Shown here: positions 26,490-37,193 of the stretch, piece after piece
How the letters are laid out: the number at the start of each line of letters is the position of its first letter
How positions within the stretch are numbered: the first letter of the stretch is position 1
Assembly: GCA_029262315.1 (NCBI GenBank)
Contig: JAJCZP010000168.1
Span: 10,825 to 74,824, forward strand
Direction of reading: 5' to 3'
From: Deltaproteobacteria bacterium
GTDB lineage: Bacteria; Desulfobacterota; Binatia; UTPRO1
Length of the DNA stretch: 64,000 nucleotides
Notes under the pieces: generated by a model
What the model saw: the letters and a program-made list of their open reading frames with translations, nothing else
Told to the model about the DNA's origin: nothing
Databases searched by the model: none
Made by a program: the position numbers and the translations under genes

Positions 26490-27943
26490 ATCCCGATCTC
26501 GATCGCTATGAGGGCGTCATCGGGCTCGAGGTGCATGCCGAGATGCTCACCGCCTCGAAGATCTTCTGCGGTTGCTCGGCGGCGTTCGGCGCACCACCAA
26601 ACGACAACACCTGCCCCGTGTGTCTCGGGATGCCGGGTGTGCTCCCCGTCCTGAACCGCCGCGTGGTCGAGTTCGCCGTGCGTGCCGGGCTGGCGATCGA
26701 CTGCCGCATCGCCCGCCGCAATCGCTGGGCACGCAAGAACTACTTCTACCCCGACCTCTGCAAGGGCTATCAGATCAGCCAGTTCGAGTTACCGATCTGC
26801 GAAGGCGGCTACCTCGACATCCATGTCGACGAAACGACCAAACGGGTCCATCTGACCCGCATTCACATGGAAGAGGACACCGGCAAGAACATCCACGACG
26901 CGCACGGCGACTCGAGCCTGGTCGACTTCAATCGCTCGGGCGTCCCCTTGCTCGAGATCGTGAGCGAGCCCGAGATGTCCTCGCCTGCCGAAGCCGGAGC
27001 GTACCTCCGGAAGCTCCGCACGTTGGTCCAGTATCTCGGGATCTGCGACGGCAACATGGAAGAAGGGAGCTTCCGCTGCGACGCCAACGTCTCGGTCCGC
27101 CTGCGCGGCGCGACCGAGCTCGGCGTCAAAGTCGAGGTCAAGAACATGAACTCGTTTCGCGCCGTGGAGAAAGCGATCGCGTTCGAGCTCGAGCGTCAGG
27201 CCGACACGCTCGATGACGGCGGCCACCTGGTTCAGGAGACACGCCTGTGGGACGCCGACCGGGAAGAGACGCGCTCGATGCGCAGCAAGGAGTCGGCACA
27301 CGACTACCGATACTTCCCGGATCCCGACCTGCCGCCCATCATTCTGTCCGAGGACTTCATCGAGACTATACGGCGCGCGTTGCCCGAGCTTCCCGATGCC
27401 CGCCGCGAGCGGTTCGTGTCGGCGTTCGGCCTCCCCGCGTACGACGCAGAGGTCCTGACCTCACGGCGCGATCTGGCCGAGTACTTCGAAGCCGTCGTCG
27501 CCGCACATGGGAACGCGAAGGCCGCAAGCAATTGGATCATGGGCGACATCATTCGGCTGATCCACGAACGCAAGCTCGACGATGCCCCGATCATCACCGA
27601 CTGGCCGGTTCCCGCCGCGAACCTGGCTGCCCTGATCGCCCTCATCGACGAAGGCACCATCAGCGGCAAGATCGCCAAGACCGTCTTCGAGGAGATGCTA
27701 ACGAGCGACGAATCACCGCGTGCCATCGTCGAACGCAAGGGCCTGGTCCAGATGTCCGACGAGAGTGCGATCCAGGCGGTCATCGACGAGGTCCTTGCCG
27801 CCAGCCCCGACAAGGTCGCGGAATATCGTGGCGGCAAGGAAAAACTGCAGGGGTTCTTCGTCGGCCAGGTGATGAAGGCCACAGGCGGCAAGGCCAACCC
27901 GCCCCTGGTCAACAAGCTGCTGATGGCAAAGCTCAAGGCGTAG
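26486..27943 (+). CDS. gatB: Asp-tRNA(Asn)/Glu-tRNA(Gln) amidotransferase subunit B
   Basis: [20 protein letters not shown]...CGC...[15 protein letters not shown] is GatB N-terminal. C-terminal GatB/YqeY domain. ATG 26486. Confidence 0.9.
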   Translation: MNPDLDRYEGVIGLEVHAEMLTASKIFCGCSAAFGAPPNDNTCPVCLGMPGVLPVLNRRVVEFAVRAGLAIDCRIARRNRWARKNYFYPDLCKGYQISQFELPICEGGYLDIHVDETTKRVHLTRIHMEEDTGKNIHDAHGDSSLVDFNRSGVPLLEIVSEPEMSSPAEAGAYLRKLRTLVQYLGICDGNMEEGSFRCDANVSVRLRGATELGVKVEVKNMNSFRAVEKAIAFELERQADTLDDGGHLVQETRLWDADREETRSMRSKESAHDYRYFPDPDLPPIILSEDFIETIRRALPELPDARRERFVSAFGLPAYDAEVLTSRRDLAEYFEAVVAAHGNAKAASNWIMGDIIRLIHERKLDDAPIITDWPVPAANLAALIALIDEGTISGKIAKTVFEEMLTSDESPRAIVERKGLVQMSDESAIQAVIDEVLAASPDKVAEYRGGKEKLQGFFVGQVMKATGGKANPPLVNKLLMAKLKA

Positions 27944-27990
27944 CCGCCGGAACTTGACCCGTCGCCCTGAAGGCGCCAGAACCCAGGAAC

Positions 27991-28908
27991 ATGCGGATCG
28001 GATCGGAAGAGCACCTGACGCTTCTGTGTCGCGAGTTCATCGATTCTCACCTGGAGTTCGATCCCAACGGCTTGCCATGGCCGGCTCTCGGCGAGGACGA
28101 TGTCGCCAAGCTCCGCGCGCTCCCCTTTTGGGACGAGGCCGTCCGGACCGAGCGGCGGACGGGCGCCAAGATCACCGCCTACGCGCCGGAGGAGTCACCG
28201 GCCCTCCTCCGTGAAGCCGTGGCGCTGCAGGGCTTCGAGGAGACGCGCCACGCCGGATTGCTCGACGCGCTGATCTCCCACTACGGCATCGTGGTCGACC
28301 CGGGACCAGAGCAGCCGCTGCCGACGAATCTCCAGGCGGCGTTCATCCGCACCGGATACGGAGAGTGTATCGACTCGTTCTTCGCCTTCGGGCTTTTCGC
28401 CATGGCCGAGGATCTCGAGTTTCTGCCGCGTCCACTGCTCGCGCTCCTCGAGCCGATCGTGCACGAGGAAGTCCGACACATCCTCTTCCTCGTGAACTGG
28501 GTCGCCTACAAACGGCGCCAGGAACCGCTGCCTCTGCGCCCGCTACACGTGGCGCGATGTGTCGGCGCGTTCGCCGGCGCCGCCTACGACCGCGCCCGTT
28601 CAGCCGGGAACGTCGCCGGGGGCGTGAGCGGCACCTCGAAGGACGGATTTACGGCCAGCGGCGCTAGCGCGATCGCAGGCGACTTCTCCCTCACCGGCTT
28701 CGTCGGTCGCTGCCTCGCAGAAAACGAGCGTCGATTCGCGGCGTACGACCCGCGACTGCTCCGCCCCCGCCTCGTACCGACCGCGGCACGGAGCTTCCTG
28801 GTGCTCGCCAACCTCCAGGCCAAAGCACGATCGGCGCTCCGACCCGGGGCACCGAGTCCGCCCCGAAGCGATCATCCGACCCACGATTCCAGCAGCAACG
28901 CCGCCTAG
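27991..28908 (+). CDS. ferritin-like diiron-carboxylate family protein (hypothetical)
   Basis: Two E-x-x-H motifs (FEETRHAG, HEEVRHILF) spaced as in diiron oxygenases/desaturase-like proteins. Ala/Gly-rich C-terminal tail. Confidence 0.5.
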   Translation: MRIGSEEHLTLLCREFIDSHLEFDPNGLPWPALGEDDVAKLRALPFWDEAVRTERRTGAKITAYAPEESPALLREAVALQGFEETRHAGLLDALISHYGIVVDPGPEQPLPTNLQAAFIRTGYGECIDSFFAFGLFAMAEDLEFLPRPLLALLEPIVHEEVRHILFLVNWVAYKRRQEPLPLRPLHVARCVGAFAGAAYDRARSAGNVAGGVSGTSKDGFTASGASAIAGDFSLTGFVGRCLAENERRFAAYDPRLLRPRLVPTAARSFLVLANLQAKARSALRPGAPSPPRSDHPTHDSSSNAA

Positions 28909-29141
28909 GAACACGCGTTTTCCAGCGCGGTAGAAGTAGCGTTCCCCACGCGTCGCGGGGTAACGGCACCGCGCACCACAAGCGGCGGCCCCTACGCACC
29001 ACGTCGCCCCGCAAGCGTGGAGCCGCACCAGAACCGCGACTCAGTGACCGTGTGGCACGTGGCCGATGCCGAAGTGCAGAAAAGGCAGGCTCGCCAAGGC
29101 GAGTCCGAGAAGTGTCGCCAGCGTCCATGCCGCAGCGGATC

Positions 29142-29549
29142 TCACGCCGCGCTCTTCTCGCTCCGCGCGAGGAGTCCCAGCAGGACGATCAGGAACCCGG
29201 TCGTCCCATAGACCGGTCCGGCATCTATCGCCCATTGGCCGGGAGGAAAGAGACCTCGCACCGTATCGAGTACGTGGATCAGTGCATGCGCGGTGTTGAA
29301 CACCGTCACCACGACAAGAAGCGGAAAGCGGAACGCAGGACGACGTGCACCCCAGGCCAGGGCCGCGCCGAGGGTCGAGAAGGTGGCGCCGATGTCGCGA
29401 ACGAAGTGCTCGTTCAGCGGCCCCGAACCAGGCACGCCAGGGAACGCGTGATACCAACCAGCCGGGTCGACCAGCATCCACAGCCCAATGGCCAGATTGC
29501 CAACCGCTCCGATCGCGAAGATCAGCCCCCATCGGCGCTCGTTCAGCAT
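29142..29549 (-). CDS. small integral membrane protein (hypothetical)
   Basis: Three predicted hydrophobic helices (GLIFAIGAVGNLAIGLWMLV, FPLLVVVTVFNTAHALIHV, TTGFLIVLLGLLA). Confidence 0.5.
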   Translation of the reverse strand: MLNERRWGLIFAIGAVGNLAIGLWMLVDPAGWYHAFPGVPGSGPLNEHFVRDIGATFSTLGAALAWGARRPAFRFPLLVVVTVFNTAHALIHVLDTVRGLFPPGQWAIDAGPVYGTTGFLIVLLGLLARSEKSAA

Positions 29550-29685
29550 CGACGAACTGTAGCGAAGCCGCTCGGCAATCGGAACCCTCCACGCCTCCGG
29601 GAGCGACCACCTGGATGGCGCGGATGCGCCGTCTTGCCAGGCCGGCGATCGGCAAACAAGCGCTACTCGCAGACGTAAAAGGAAA

Positions 29686-30897
29686 TCAGGTCGAGTACGC
29701 GGAATTGAAGCGCACGTACGCTGGCGTGAGATCGCTCGTCGTCATCGCCGCCGCGCCGGTCCCGCCGCTGCCGAGATCGATACCGACGGTGAACGCCGAC
29801 TGGCGCATCAAGCGCGCCGCGCGGCGTTCGGCATCGCCTGGCACGGGCGCTCCCCGACGTAGCACCGGCACATTCCCGATGCGGACCGTCATCCGCTCGA
29901 GTCGCAGCGGCACGCCGGCATAGCCCGCCGCGCATACGATCCGGCCCCAGTTGGGATCTCCGCCGTACAACGCCGTCTTGACCAGCAGCGAGCCAGCAAT
30001 CGAGCGCGCCACCTGCCGCGCGGCCCGTCCACTTCGCGCGCCCCGGACGGCGATCCGCACGCGCTTGGTCGCCCCCTCCCCGTCGGCCACGACGTAATCC
30101 GCGAGTTCGCGCGTGACCGCCGCCAGTGCCGCACCGAACCGGCGACCATCGGCCGAGGTTCGGGCGAGAGGAGCGTTTCCGGCGTATCCGTTCGCCAGCG
30201 CAAGCACCGTGTCGTTCGTGCTCGTGTCTCCGTCGACCGTGATCGCATTGAAGGACTCGGCAACCGCGTCCGCGAGAAAGCCGCGGAGTGCCGGTGTGGG
30301 CACCGTCGCATCGGTGAGCAGGCACACGATCAGCGTTGCGAGGTCGGGCGCGATCATGCCCGCCCCCTTGGCGAGCCCAGCGATCGTCACCATGCGGCCG
30401 TCGATCCGCAGCCTACGGGACGCCACCTTGGGAAAAGCATCGGTCGTCATCATGGCGCGAGCTGCGTGCCACAACCGATCGTCGCCCAGCGCCCGCACTG
30501 CCTTTGCGATGCCCCGCACCATCGGCACGGCGGGGAGCGGCACGCCGATCTTCCCGGTAGAACACGGCACTACGGCGGAGACTGGTATGCCGAGCGCGAT
30601 CGCGGTCTGCCGACATGCGGCTCGCGCCACCCGTTCGCCCGCCGCGCCCGTACACGCGTTGGCATTGCCGCTGTTGATCAAGACGGCCTGCCCATGGCCT
30701 CGTCGCACGTGCCGCGCCGCCAGATCCACGGCGATCGCCCGAACCCGATTCTGCGTGAACACGCCCGCAACCGTCGCGGGAACCTCGGAGTGAATCAGCG
30801 CCAGATCGCGGCGGCCGCTCGGCTTGATGCCGCAAGTGACACCGGCGAACCGAAATCCGGGAACGCGAAGCGGCCGTTCGCGGATCTCACGTCGCAT
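29686..30897 (-). CDS. argJ: bifunctional glutamate N-acetyltransferase / amino-acid acetyltransferase (ornithine acetyltransferase)
   Basis: ArgJ family: ...GMIAPDLATLIVCLLTDA contains the autoprocessing Thr site (ATL). Confidence 0.85.
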   Translation of the reverse strand: MRREIRERPLRVPGFRFAGVTCGIKPSGRRDLALIHSEVPATVAGVFTQNRVRAIAVDLAARHVRRGHGQAVLINSGNANACTGAAGERVARAACRQTAIALGIPVSAVVPCSTGKIGVPLPAVPMVRGIAKAVRALGDDRLWHAARAMMTTDAFPKVASRRLRIDGRMVTIAGLAKGAGMIAPDLATLIVCLLTDATVPTPALRGFLADAVAESFNAITVDGDTSTNDTVLALANGYAGNAPLARTSADGRRFGAALAAVTRELADYVVADGEGATKRVRIAVRGARSGRAARQVARSIAGSLLVKTALYGGDPNWGRIVCAAGYAGVPLRLERMTVRIGNVPVLRRGAPVPGDAERRAARLMRQSAFTVGIDLGSGGTGAAAMTTSDLTPAYVRFNSAYST

Positions 30898-30972
30898 GAC
30901 ACACCACTACGCCTTCACGTCGCATGACACACCACTACGCCTTCACGTCGCATGACACACCACTACGCCTTC
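30889..30972. repeat. perfect 28-bp tandem repeat x3 (acgtcgcatgacacaccactacgccttc) spanning secA stop / argJ start junction
   Basis: Three identical contiguous units at 30889-30916, 30917-30944 and 30945-30972. Each unit contains the reverse complement of '...AAG GCG TAG' (secA K-A-stop), a 9-nt spacer, and 'ATG CGA CGT' (argJ M-R-R). Confidence 0.9.
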
Positions 30973-33656
30973 GCGCCGCAACACTTCTTGTACTTCTTGC
31001 CCGAACCGCACACGCACGGATCGTTCCGTCCCACCTTGGGCTGGTCGCGGCGGACGGTCTCTGGCTTCGCATCGGCACCCGCCTCGCCGTGGCTCATGAC
31101 CATGGGCGTCGCCCGGCGCTTCTGCTCGAGCCGCTCGACGTCCTCCTCGCGCGCGAGTTGGACCGTATAGAGCCGCTCCACGATATCGACATCGAGCCGC
31201 CCCATCATTTCCTGGAACATCTCGAACCCTTCGCGCTGATACTCGTTCAAGGGATTCTTCTGCCCGTAACCGCGGAGACCGATGCCTTCCTTGAGATGGT
31301 CCATCGCGAGGAGATGGTCCTTCCACGTGCCATCGATCGTCTGCAGCATGATCACCTTCTCGAGGTGCCGCAGCACGGGCGCGGTGAACGTTTGTTCTCG
31401 CTCTCCGTAGAGCGCCTTGACCCGCTCGACGAGGAGCTCTTGCACCGCCTCGGGTGTCAGGCCGGCCTGCTCATCCTCGGAAAGATTCAGACGACAATTG
31501 AATTGCTTGAACACCAGATCGTCGAGCGCCTTCCAGTCCCACTCGGAAGGATGGATGTCTTTACTGATCACCTGCGGCACGAGGTTCTCGGCCAGGTCCT
31601 CGGCGGCCTCGATCACGTCTTCCTTGAGATCGACCTCGGCCAGTACCGCGCGACGGCGGGCGTAGATGACCTCACGCTGCTTGTTCATGACGTCGTCGTA
31701 TTCGAGGAGGTGCTTCCGGATGTCGAAGTTGTGCCCTTCGACCTTCTTTTGCGCATTCTCGATGGCGGCGTTGATCCACCGATGCTCGATGGGCTCGCCT
31801 TCCTCCATCCCAAGGCGCTCCATGATCTTCTGCACCCGCTCGGCGCCGAAGATGCGCAGGAGATCGTCCTCGAGCGACATGTAGAACCGCGATGTTCCGG
31901 GATCGCCTTGGCGCCCGGAACGGCCGCGCAGCTGATTGTCGATACGCCGACTCTCGTGGCGCTCGGTGCCCAGGATGTGCAGCCCGCCGGCCTCCAGCAC
32001 CTTCTCGCGATCGGCGGCACACTCCACCTTGTGCTTCTCGAACGCGGCCTGGAACGTTGGATCGTTCGGATCGCGGGTGCCGGCCTCGTTCGCGGCCAGC
32101 GTCTCCGCGTTGCCTCCGAGGACGATGTCGGTACCGCGGCCGGCCATGTTCGTCGAGATCGTGAGCGAGCCCGAGCTGCCCGCCTGCGCAACGATCTCGG
32201 CCTCGCGGCCGTGCTGCTTGGCGTTCAGCACGTCGTGCTTGATGCCGCGCTGCTTTAGAAGTCGGCCGACGTGTTCTGACTTTTCGATCGAGATGGTGCC
32301 GACCAAGATCGGTTGGCCGCGGGCGTGGCGCTCGGCAATATCGTCGGCGACCGCCTCGAACTTCTCGCGTTCGGTCTTGTAGACGACGTCGGGCAAGTCT
32401 TCACGAACCATCGGCTTGTGCGTCGGCATGACCATCACGCCGAGCCCGTAGATCTGCCCGAACTCCACGGCCTCGGTGTCGGCAGTGCCGGTCATGCCCG
32501 CGAGCTTCTTGTACATGCGAAAATAGTTCTGGAACGTCACCGTCGCGAGCGTCTGGTTCTCGCGCTCGATCTTGACGTTCTCCATCGCCTCCACGGCCTG
32601 GTGGAGCCCATCGCTCCAACGCCGCCCGGGCATCATTCGGCCGGTGAACTCGTCGACGATGATGATCTCGCCGTCCTTCACGACATAGTCGACGTCGCGC
32701 CTGTAGAGCGCGTGCGCGCGCAGCGCCTGATTCACATGGTGGAGCGTGTCGATCTGGCCCGGATCGTACAGGTTCGAAACGCCAAGAATCTCCTCGACCT
32801 TATTGATACCCTCCTCGGTCAGTAGGGCGTTCTTCGTCTTCTCGTCGACCGTGAAGTGCTCTTCCTTCTGCAGCCGGGGAATGACGCGATCGACGACATA
32901 GTACTTCTCCGTCGACTCCTCCGCCGGGCCGGAGATGATGAGCGGCGTCCGCGCCTCATCTATGAGAATCGAATCGACCTCGTCGACGATCGCGTAGTTG
33001 AAGAGCTTGGTGACTTGTTGGCCTTTGAAGTTCGTCACCTCCTCCGGCTTCACGCGATGCACGTACTCGTCGAGGTCGAACTTCATGTTGTCGCGGAGGT
33101 AATCGAACCCGAACTCGTTGTTCTGTCCGTAGGTGACGTCGGCGTTGTAGGCGACCTTCCGTTCCTGATCGTCCATCCCATGAAGGATGACGCCGATCGA
33201 CAAGCCGAGGAAGTTGTAGAGCCGCCCCATCCACTCGGCGTCACGCCGGGCCAGGTAATCGTTCACGGTGATGACGTGCACGCCCTCGCCGGCAAGCGCG
33301 TTCAGGTAGACCGGAAGCGTGGCCACCAGCGTCTTCCCTTCACCGGTCTTCATCTCGGCCAGGACGCCTCGGTGGAGCACCACACCACCGAGCAGCTGGA
33401 CATCGAAGTGGCGCATCCCGAGGACGCGTATGGAGGCCTCCCGGCAGACGGCGAACGCCTCCGGCAGGAGATCGTCGAGCGAGGCCCCCTGCTCGAGCTG
33501 CTCCTTGAACGCACCCGTCTTGGCACGCAACTCGTCGTCCGAGAGCGCCTGTATCGCCGGCTCGAGCTCATTGATGCTCGCCACGATGGGCTGCATCTTC
33601 TTGAGGTCGCGGTCGTTCTTGGTCCCGATGACCCTACGGACGAGACTTTTCAGCAT
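30963..33656 (-). CDS. secA: preprotein translocase ATPase subunit SecA
   Basis: Full-length SecA: DEAD-like motor ([12 protein letters not shown]...), C-terminal zinc-binding tail [14 protein letters not shown]. 897 aa. Confidence 0.95.
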   Translation of the reverse strand: MLKSLVRRVIGTKNDRDLKKMQPIVASINELEPAIQALSDDELRAKTGAFKEQLEQGASLDDLLPEAFAVCREASIRVLGMRHFDVQLLGGVVLHRGVLAEMKTGEGKTLVATLPVYLNALAGEGVHVITVNDYLARRDAEWMGRLYNFLGLSIGVILHGMDDQERKVAYNADVTYGQNNEFGFDYLRDNMKFDLDEYVHRVKPEEVTNFKGQQVTKLFNYAIVDEVDSILIDEARTPLIISGPAEESTEKYYVVDRVIPRLQKEEHFTVDEKTKNALLTEEGINKVEEILGVSNLYDPGQIDTLHHVNQALRAHALYRRDVDYVVKDGEIIIVDEFTGRMMPGRRWSDGLHQAVEAMENVKIERENQTLATVTFQNYFRMYKKLAGMTGTADTEAVEFGQIYGLGVMVMPTHKPMVREDLPDVVYKTEREKFEAVADDIAERHARGQPILVGTISIEKSEHVGRLLKQRGIKHDVLNAKQHGREAEIVAQAGSSGSLTISTNMAGRGTDIVLGGNAETLAANEAGTRDPNDPTFQAAFEKHKVECAADREKVLEAGGLHILGTERHESRRIDNQLRGRSGRQGDPGTSRFYMSLEDDLLRIFGAERVQKIMERLGMEEGEPIEHRWINAAIENAQKKVEGHNFDIRKHLLEYDDVMNKQREVIYARRRAVLAEVDLKEDVIEAAEDLAENLVPQVISKDIHPSEWDWKALDDLVFKQFNCRLNLSEDEQAGLTPEAVQELLVERVKALYGEREQTFTAPVLRHLEKVIMLQTIDGTWKDHLLAMDHLKEGIGLRGYGQKNPLNEYQREGFEMFQEMMGRLDVDIVERLYTVQLAREEDVERLEQKRRATPMVMSHGEAGADAKPETVRRDQPKVGRNDPCVCGSGKKYKKCCGAKA

Positions 33657-33735
33657 CGAATCCTTCTAGTCATAACGCAGCCGCGAAGGTGCCGCAAAGG
33701 TGGCTCCTTTCGGGGGGCCGTGTTAGCCGACACGC

Positions 33736-34668
33736 ATGGCTATCGAGACCTTGAAAACGATGACCTACGAGGTCACCGGGCGGATCGCGCGCATCACCTT
33801 GAACCGGCCTGCCCGGGGCAATGGCATCACCCTCGACCTACCGCGCGAGCTCGCCAGTTGCGTGGAACAGGCCGATCTCGACCCCACCGTCCACGTAATC
33901 GCGCTTGCCGGCAACGGCAAGGGCTTCTGTGGCGGGTACGATCTGGTCGCCAGCGCCGAACGCCTCACGGACGGTGATCGTCCGGGCCTCGGCGAGGCGA
34001 CGGCACCCGCAGGCTCGGCGATCGACCCACGCGTCACCGCCCGCAACCACGACCCACGGGAGACCTGGGACCCGATGGTCGACTATCAGATGATGGCCCG
34101 GAATGTCCGCGGATTCATGAGCCTCTTCCACGCCAACAAGCCGGTCGTCTGCAAGGTGCAGGGCTTCTGCGTCGCCGGCGGTACCGACATGGCCCTCTGC
34201 AGCGATCTGCTGGTGATCGCCGAGGATGCGAAGATCGGCTACCCCCCGGCACGCGTCTGGGGATCGCCCACGACTTCGGTCTGGGCCTTTCGGATCGGCA
34301 TCGAGAAAGCGAAGCGACTGCTCTTCACGGGCGACTGCCTGAACGGACGCGAGGCCGTCGACTGGGGCCTCGCCACCGAGTGCGCACCGGCCGCCGATCT
34401 CGACACGCGCTTCGAAGTACTACTCGACCGCATCGCCCAGATGCCCATCAATCAGCTGATGATGATGAAGCTTCTCGTCAATCAAACGGTACTCGCGGCC
34501 GGGCTCCAGCCAACGCAAATCCTTGGTACTGTCTTCGACGGCATCACGCGACACACCCCTGAAGGCTACGCGTTCCAGCAGCGCGCGGCGGACGTGGGCT
34601 TCAAGACCGCTGTCCGCGAACGCGATGAACCCTTCGGCGACACCGGCCCACGTACGTTCAAGGGGTAG
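33736..34668 (+). CDS. enoyl-CoA hydratase/isomerase (crotonase) family protein
   Basis: RITLNRPARGNGITLDLPRELASCVEQADLDPTVHVIALAGNGKGFCGGYDL is the crotonase fold N-terminal signature. Confidence 0.8.
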   Translation: MAIETLKTMTYEVTGRIARITLNRPARGNGITLDLPRELASCVEQADLDPTVHVIALAGNGKGFCGGYDLVASAERLTDGDRPGLGEATAPAGSAIDPRVTARNHDPRETWDPMVDYQMMARNVRGFMSLFHANKPVVCKVQGFCVAGGTDMALCSDLLVIAEDAKIGYPPARVWGSPTTSVWAFRIGIEKAKRLLFTGDCLNGREAVDWGLATECAPAADLDTRFEVLLDRIAQMPINQLMMMKLLVNQTVLAAGLQPTQILGTVFDGITRHTPEGYAFQQRAADVGFKTAVRERDEPFGDTGPRTFKG

Positions 34669-34728
34669 GGATCGGCGAACGCGCACCGTCGCCAGGTCCG
34701 CACGACAATCGTTTCGTTGCCAATTTCC

Positions 34729-34777
34729 GCCTCAGCGCTCGATGCGTACGGCGGCCTCAGCGCTCGATGCGTACGGC
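34729..34777. repeat. 24-bp direct repeat x2 (gcctcagcgctcgatgcgtacggc, period 25) duplicating the murI 3' end/stop
   Basis: Units at 34729-34752 and 34754-34777. Unit 2 contains the murI stop (complement of 34757-34759) and last codons (..R-I-E-R-stop). Unit 1 is an extra copy in the downstream intergenic region. Confidence 0.85.
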
Positions 34778-35554
34778 CGAGTCGACCGTACTGCCGAGAA
34801 ACCGGCTTCCGATCTTGACGAAACGATCCGGAACATCGGTCACGAAAAAGGACGCCGATCCCGCCACGCCCGCACGCGCACTCCCCTGCTCCGCGAGCGT
34901 TGCCGCGACTTCGCGGGCAGTCTCGGTGGCCGAGTCGACGAGCTGGACTTCGGGCCCGAGCACCGCGCCGATCGTCTCGGCAAGCAACGGATAGTGCGTG
35001 CAGCCGAGAATCAAGCTGTCGATGTGGCTCTGGCGGAGGCTCGCGAGATAGACCCCCGCGGCCTCGCGGGCGACCGGGTTGGCCACCCACCCCTCCTCGG
35101 CCAGCGGCACGAAGAGCGGACACGCGCGGGTATAGATCTCGAGGGTCGGATCCAACGCCTGCAGTGCGCGCGTGTAGCTCCCGCTCGCGATCGTGGCCTC
35201 GGTACCAATGACGCCGACCTTCCGGTTGCGGGTCGCGCCGATGGCGGCCCGCGCCCCGGGCTCGATGACGCCGATGATCGGCACGGCAAAGCGGGCCCGC
35301 AGCATCTCGAGCGCCACTGCCGACGCACTATTGCAGGCCACGACGACCAACTTGACGCCCTTGTCCACCAGGAAGGCGGTATTCTCCTCCGCATAGCTGG
35401 CGACGGTCGCCGCCGACTTCGTTCCGTAGGGGTGGCGCGCGGTGTCGCCGAGGTAGAGGAGATCCTCGCCCGGCACGACCTCGAGCAAGCGTTGCACGAC
35501 GGTCAGTCCGCCGACGCCCGAGTCGAAAATGCCGATGCCGGGAACGCGCGTCAC
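34757..35554 (-). CDS. murI: glutamate racemase
   Basis: IGIFDSGVGGLTV, VVACNSAS and LGCTHYP motifs. Start set at GTG (complement of 35552-35554), 5 aa before IGIFDSG. The longer ORF to 35851 adds an Arg/Ala-rich, unlikely extension. Confidence 0.8.
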   Translation of the reverse strand: MTRVPGIGIFDSGVGGLTVVQRLLEVVPGEDLLYLGDTARHPYGTKSAATVASYAEENTAFLVDKGVKLVVVACNSASAVALEMLRARFAVPIIGVIEPGARAAIGATRNRKVGVIGTEATIASGSYTRALQALDPTLEIYTRACPLFVPLAEEGWVANPVAREAAGVYLASLRQSHIDSLILGCTHYPLLAETIGAVLGPEVQLVDSATETAREVAATLAEQGSARAGVAGSASFFVTDVPDRFVKIGSRFLGSTVDSAVRIER

Positions 35555-35556
35555 GA

Positions 35557-36630
35557 CTACCGGGCGGCGAGCGTCGCGCCGAGGAGTTGCTCGCGGGGCG
35601 GCGTCTCGCCGAACACCTTCTCCCACACGGGCGGCGTCTCCATGCAGAGGTAGAGCGGCACATCGGCGAAAGCCTCGGTCAGCCACGCGCGGATCTGGCG
35701 ATACATATGGACGCGTAGGGGTTGAAAGTCCCGCCACTTTCCGTCGAGCCCGGGCACCTGCTCGCCCGCCAACAACGGCAGAGGACCGAAGCGCTCGCGG
35801 ATGCGTGTTCGGAGCCCCGGGGAGAGCCGCAGAGCCCCCATGCTCGTCCACGCCAATCGATCACGCGGCACCGCGACAGCCACCGCCGCGATCAGCTCAC
35901 GGTAGCCCTCGGCCCAACCGTCGTGCTCGATCAGCGGATCGAGATGCACGCCTACTTTGTAGCCGGCCGCAACGACACGGCGCATCGCATCCAGGCGATG
36001 CGCGATCGAGGCCGTTCCGAACTCGGCTGTGGCCACGACCGCCTCGGGCGCCAGTGACCATGACACCACGACACGATCGCACGGATCGAGATCGAGCAGA
36101 TCCTCGATGGCCGTCGTCTTCGTCTTCAGCTCCAGCAACCCATTCGGCCGCGCGGCAAAGAAGGGCACCAGCTCGCGGCTGAGGCCGGTAAGCGGATCGA
36201 GAGCCAAGCTGTCGGCAAGCTCTCCGGTACCGATCCGGAACTGCCGCTCGGGATGGGCATCCAACATCGCCCCGATCTCGGCCAAACCCGCCTCGGGGTT
36301 CACGAAGGCCGTCAAAGGCGCGTTCGCGGCGAGATACTCCTGCAAGAAGCAGTAGCGACAGTCCATCGGGCAGTTCGAGGCGAAATGCATCACCAGATAG
36401 TTGCAGCAGGCCATGCCGCGCGTCCCCGCCGGGCAGTGCTCGAGAAACGCGCTCCGTCTGAGGGCGAGAACCAGCTGGCGCTTGGAGGATGCGACGTCGC
36501 CCTCGCCGAGCAGTTGGCGCCGGTCGTCGATCTCCACGACCGGCACGTCGGGCGCGCGCGACCGGCAACGCCGCACCATGGGAGCCCCGAGAACCTCACG
36601 CTCGACGAAGATGGTTTCCGGGACGAACAC
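35557..36630 (-). CDS. radical SAM protein, spore-photoproduct-lyase-like (SPL) family
   Basis: CNYLVMHFASNCPMDCRYCFLQ contains the CxxxCxxC radical SAM cluster motif in an SPL-like context. Confidence 0.7.
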   Translation of the reverse strand: MFVPETIFVEREVLGAPMVRRCRSRAPDVPVVEIDDRRQLLGEGDVASSKRQLVLALRRSAFLEHCPAGTRGMACCNYLVMHFASNCPMDCRYCFLQEYLAANAPLTAFVNPEAGLAEIGAMLDAHPERQFRIGTGELADSLALDPLTGLSRELVPFFAARPNGLLELKTKTTAIEDLLDLDPCDRVVVSWSLAPEAVVATAEFGTASIAHRLDAMRRVVAAGYKVGVHLDPLIEHDGWAEGYRELIAAVAVAVPRDRLAWTSMGALRLSPGLRTRIRERFGPLPLLAGEQVPGLDGKWRDFQPLRVHMYRQIRAWLTEAFADVPLYLCMETPPVWEKVFGETPPREQLLGATLAAR

Positions 36631-36688
36631 GCCTGATTTGTATACCTTTCCGCCCCTGCTCGGCTACGTCGAGGGGCCTCCCCTCGGC

Positions 36689-37165
36689 CTACAATTCGTC
36701 GAGGAGGCCGAAGAGGCGGGCGATGTCCCCGGCGCGAAGACTCGTGTCGAGGCGGGCAAGCGCCTGCGCAAGCGCGTCGGCGGACGTCACGGTGAGCGTC
36801 ACGGTGAGCGCTCCGCCTTCGAGCGCCGGCGGGAGCTGGATACGGGCCGCCGGGCCCAACGCCATGCCGCGAATCAGTGTCGTTGCCTCCGCCTCGCGCG
36901 CGACCAGGCGAGGATAGCGCAGGCGCCGGAGCGCCTCCTTCCAGCGCTTCAAACGGTCGGGCGCGGAGCCGCGCGCGGCGAGCAGGCGGCTGAGACCCGG
37001 GTCGGCGAGCACCGCACCTGGTCGCCCCGCGTCGCGGGTGGCGATGTCGTCCAGCCAATCGAGAATGTCGCGAAGATGGCGTGGACTCGGGCGCAACACG
37101 TCGACCACACGACCGAGCGCCACGCATTCGTGGTCGGACCAGTCGGCCGTGCGCGCATCGATCAT
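36689..37165 (-). CDS. hypothetical protein
   Basis: ORF with protein-like composition (MIDARTADWSDHECVALGRVVDVLRPSPRHLRDILDWLDD...LFGLLDEL) filling the gap between the radical SAM and GT2 genes. Start is uncertain; the longest ORF extends to 37405 but then overlaps the GT2 3' end. Confidence 0.35.
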   Translation of the reverse strand: MIDARTADWSDHECVALGRVVDVLRPSPRHLRDILDWLDDIATRDAGRPGAVLADPGLSRLLAARGSAPDRLKRWKEALRRLRYPRLVAREAEATTLIRGMALGPAARIQLPPALEGGALTVTLTVTSADALAQALARLDTSLRAGDIARLFGLLDEL

Positions 37166-37193
37166 CTCGGTGATGGCGGCGGAGGCCACGGCG

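Noticed and set aside
30889-30972. possibility of a CRISPR array
   Set aside because: Only three directly abutting identical units with no spacers. Likewise the 24-bp x2 repeat at 34729-34777. No CRISPR-like repeat-spacer structure is present anywhere in the window.
30924-32258. plus-strand ORFs starting MTHHYAF... (two copies) and a 444-aa ORF
   Set aside because: They are generated by the 28-bp tandem repeat and the antisense of secA. The repeated '[16 protein letters not shown]' peptides reflect the repeat, not a gene.
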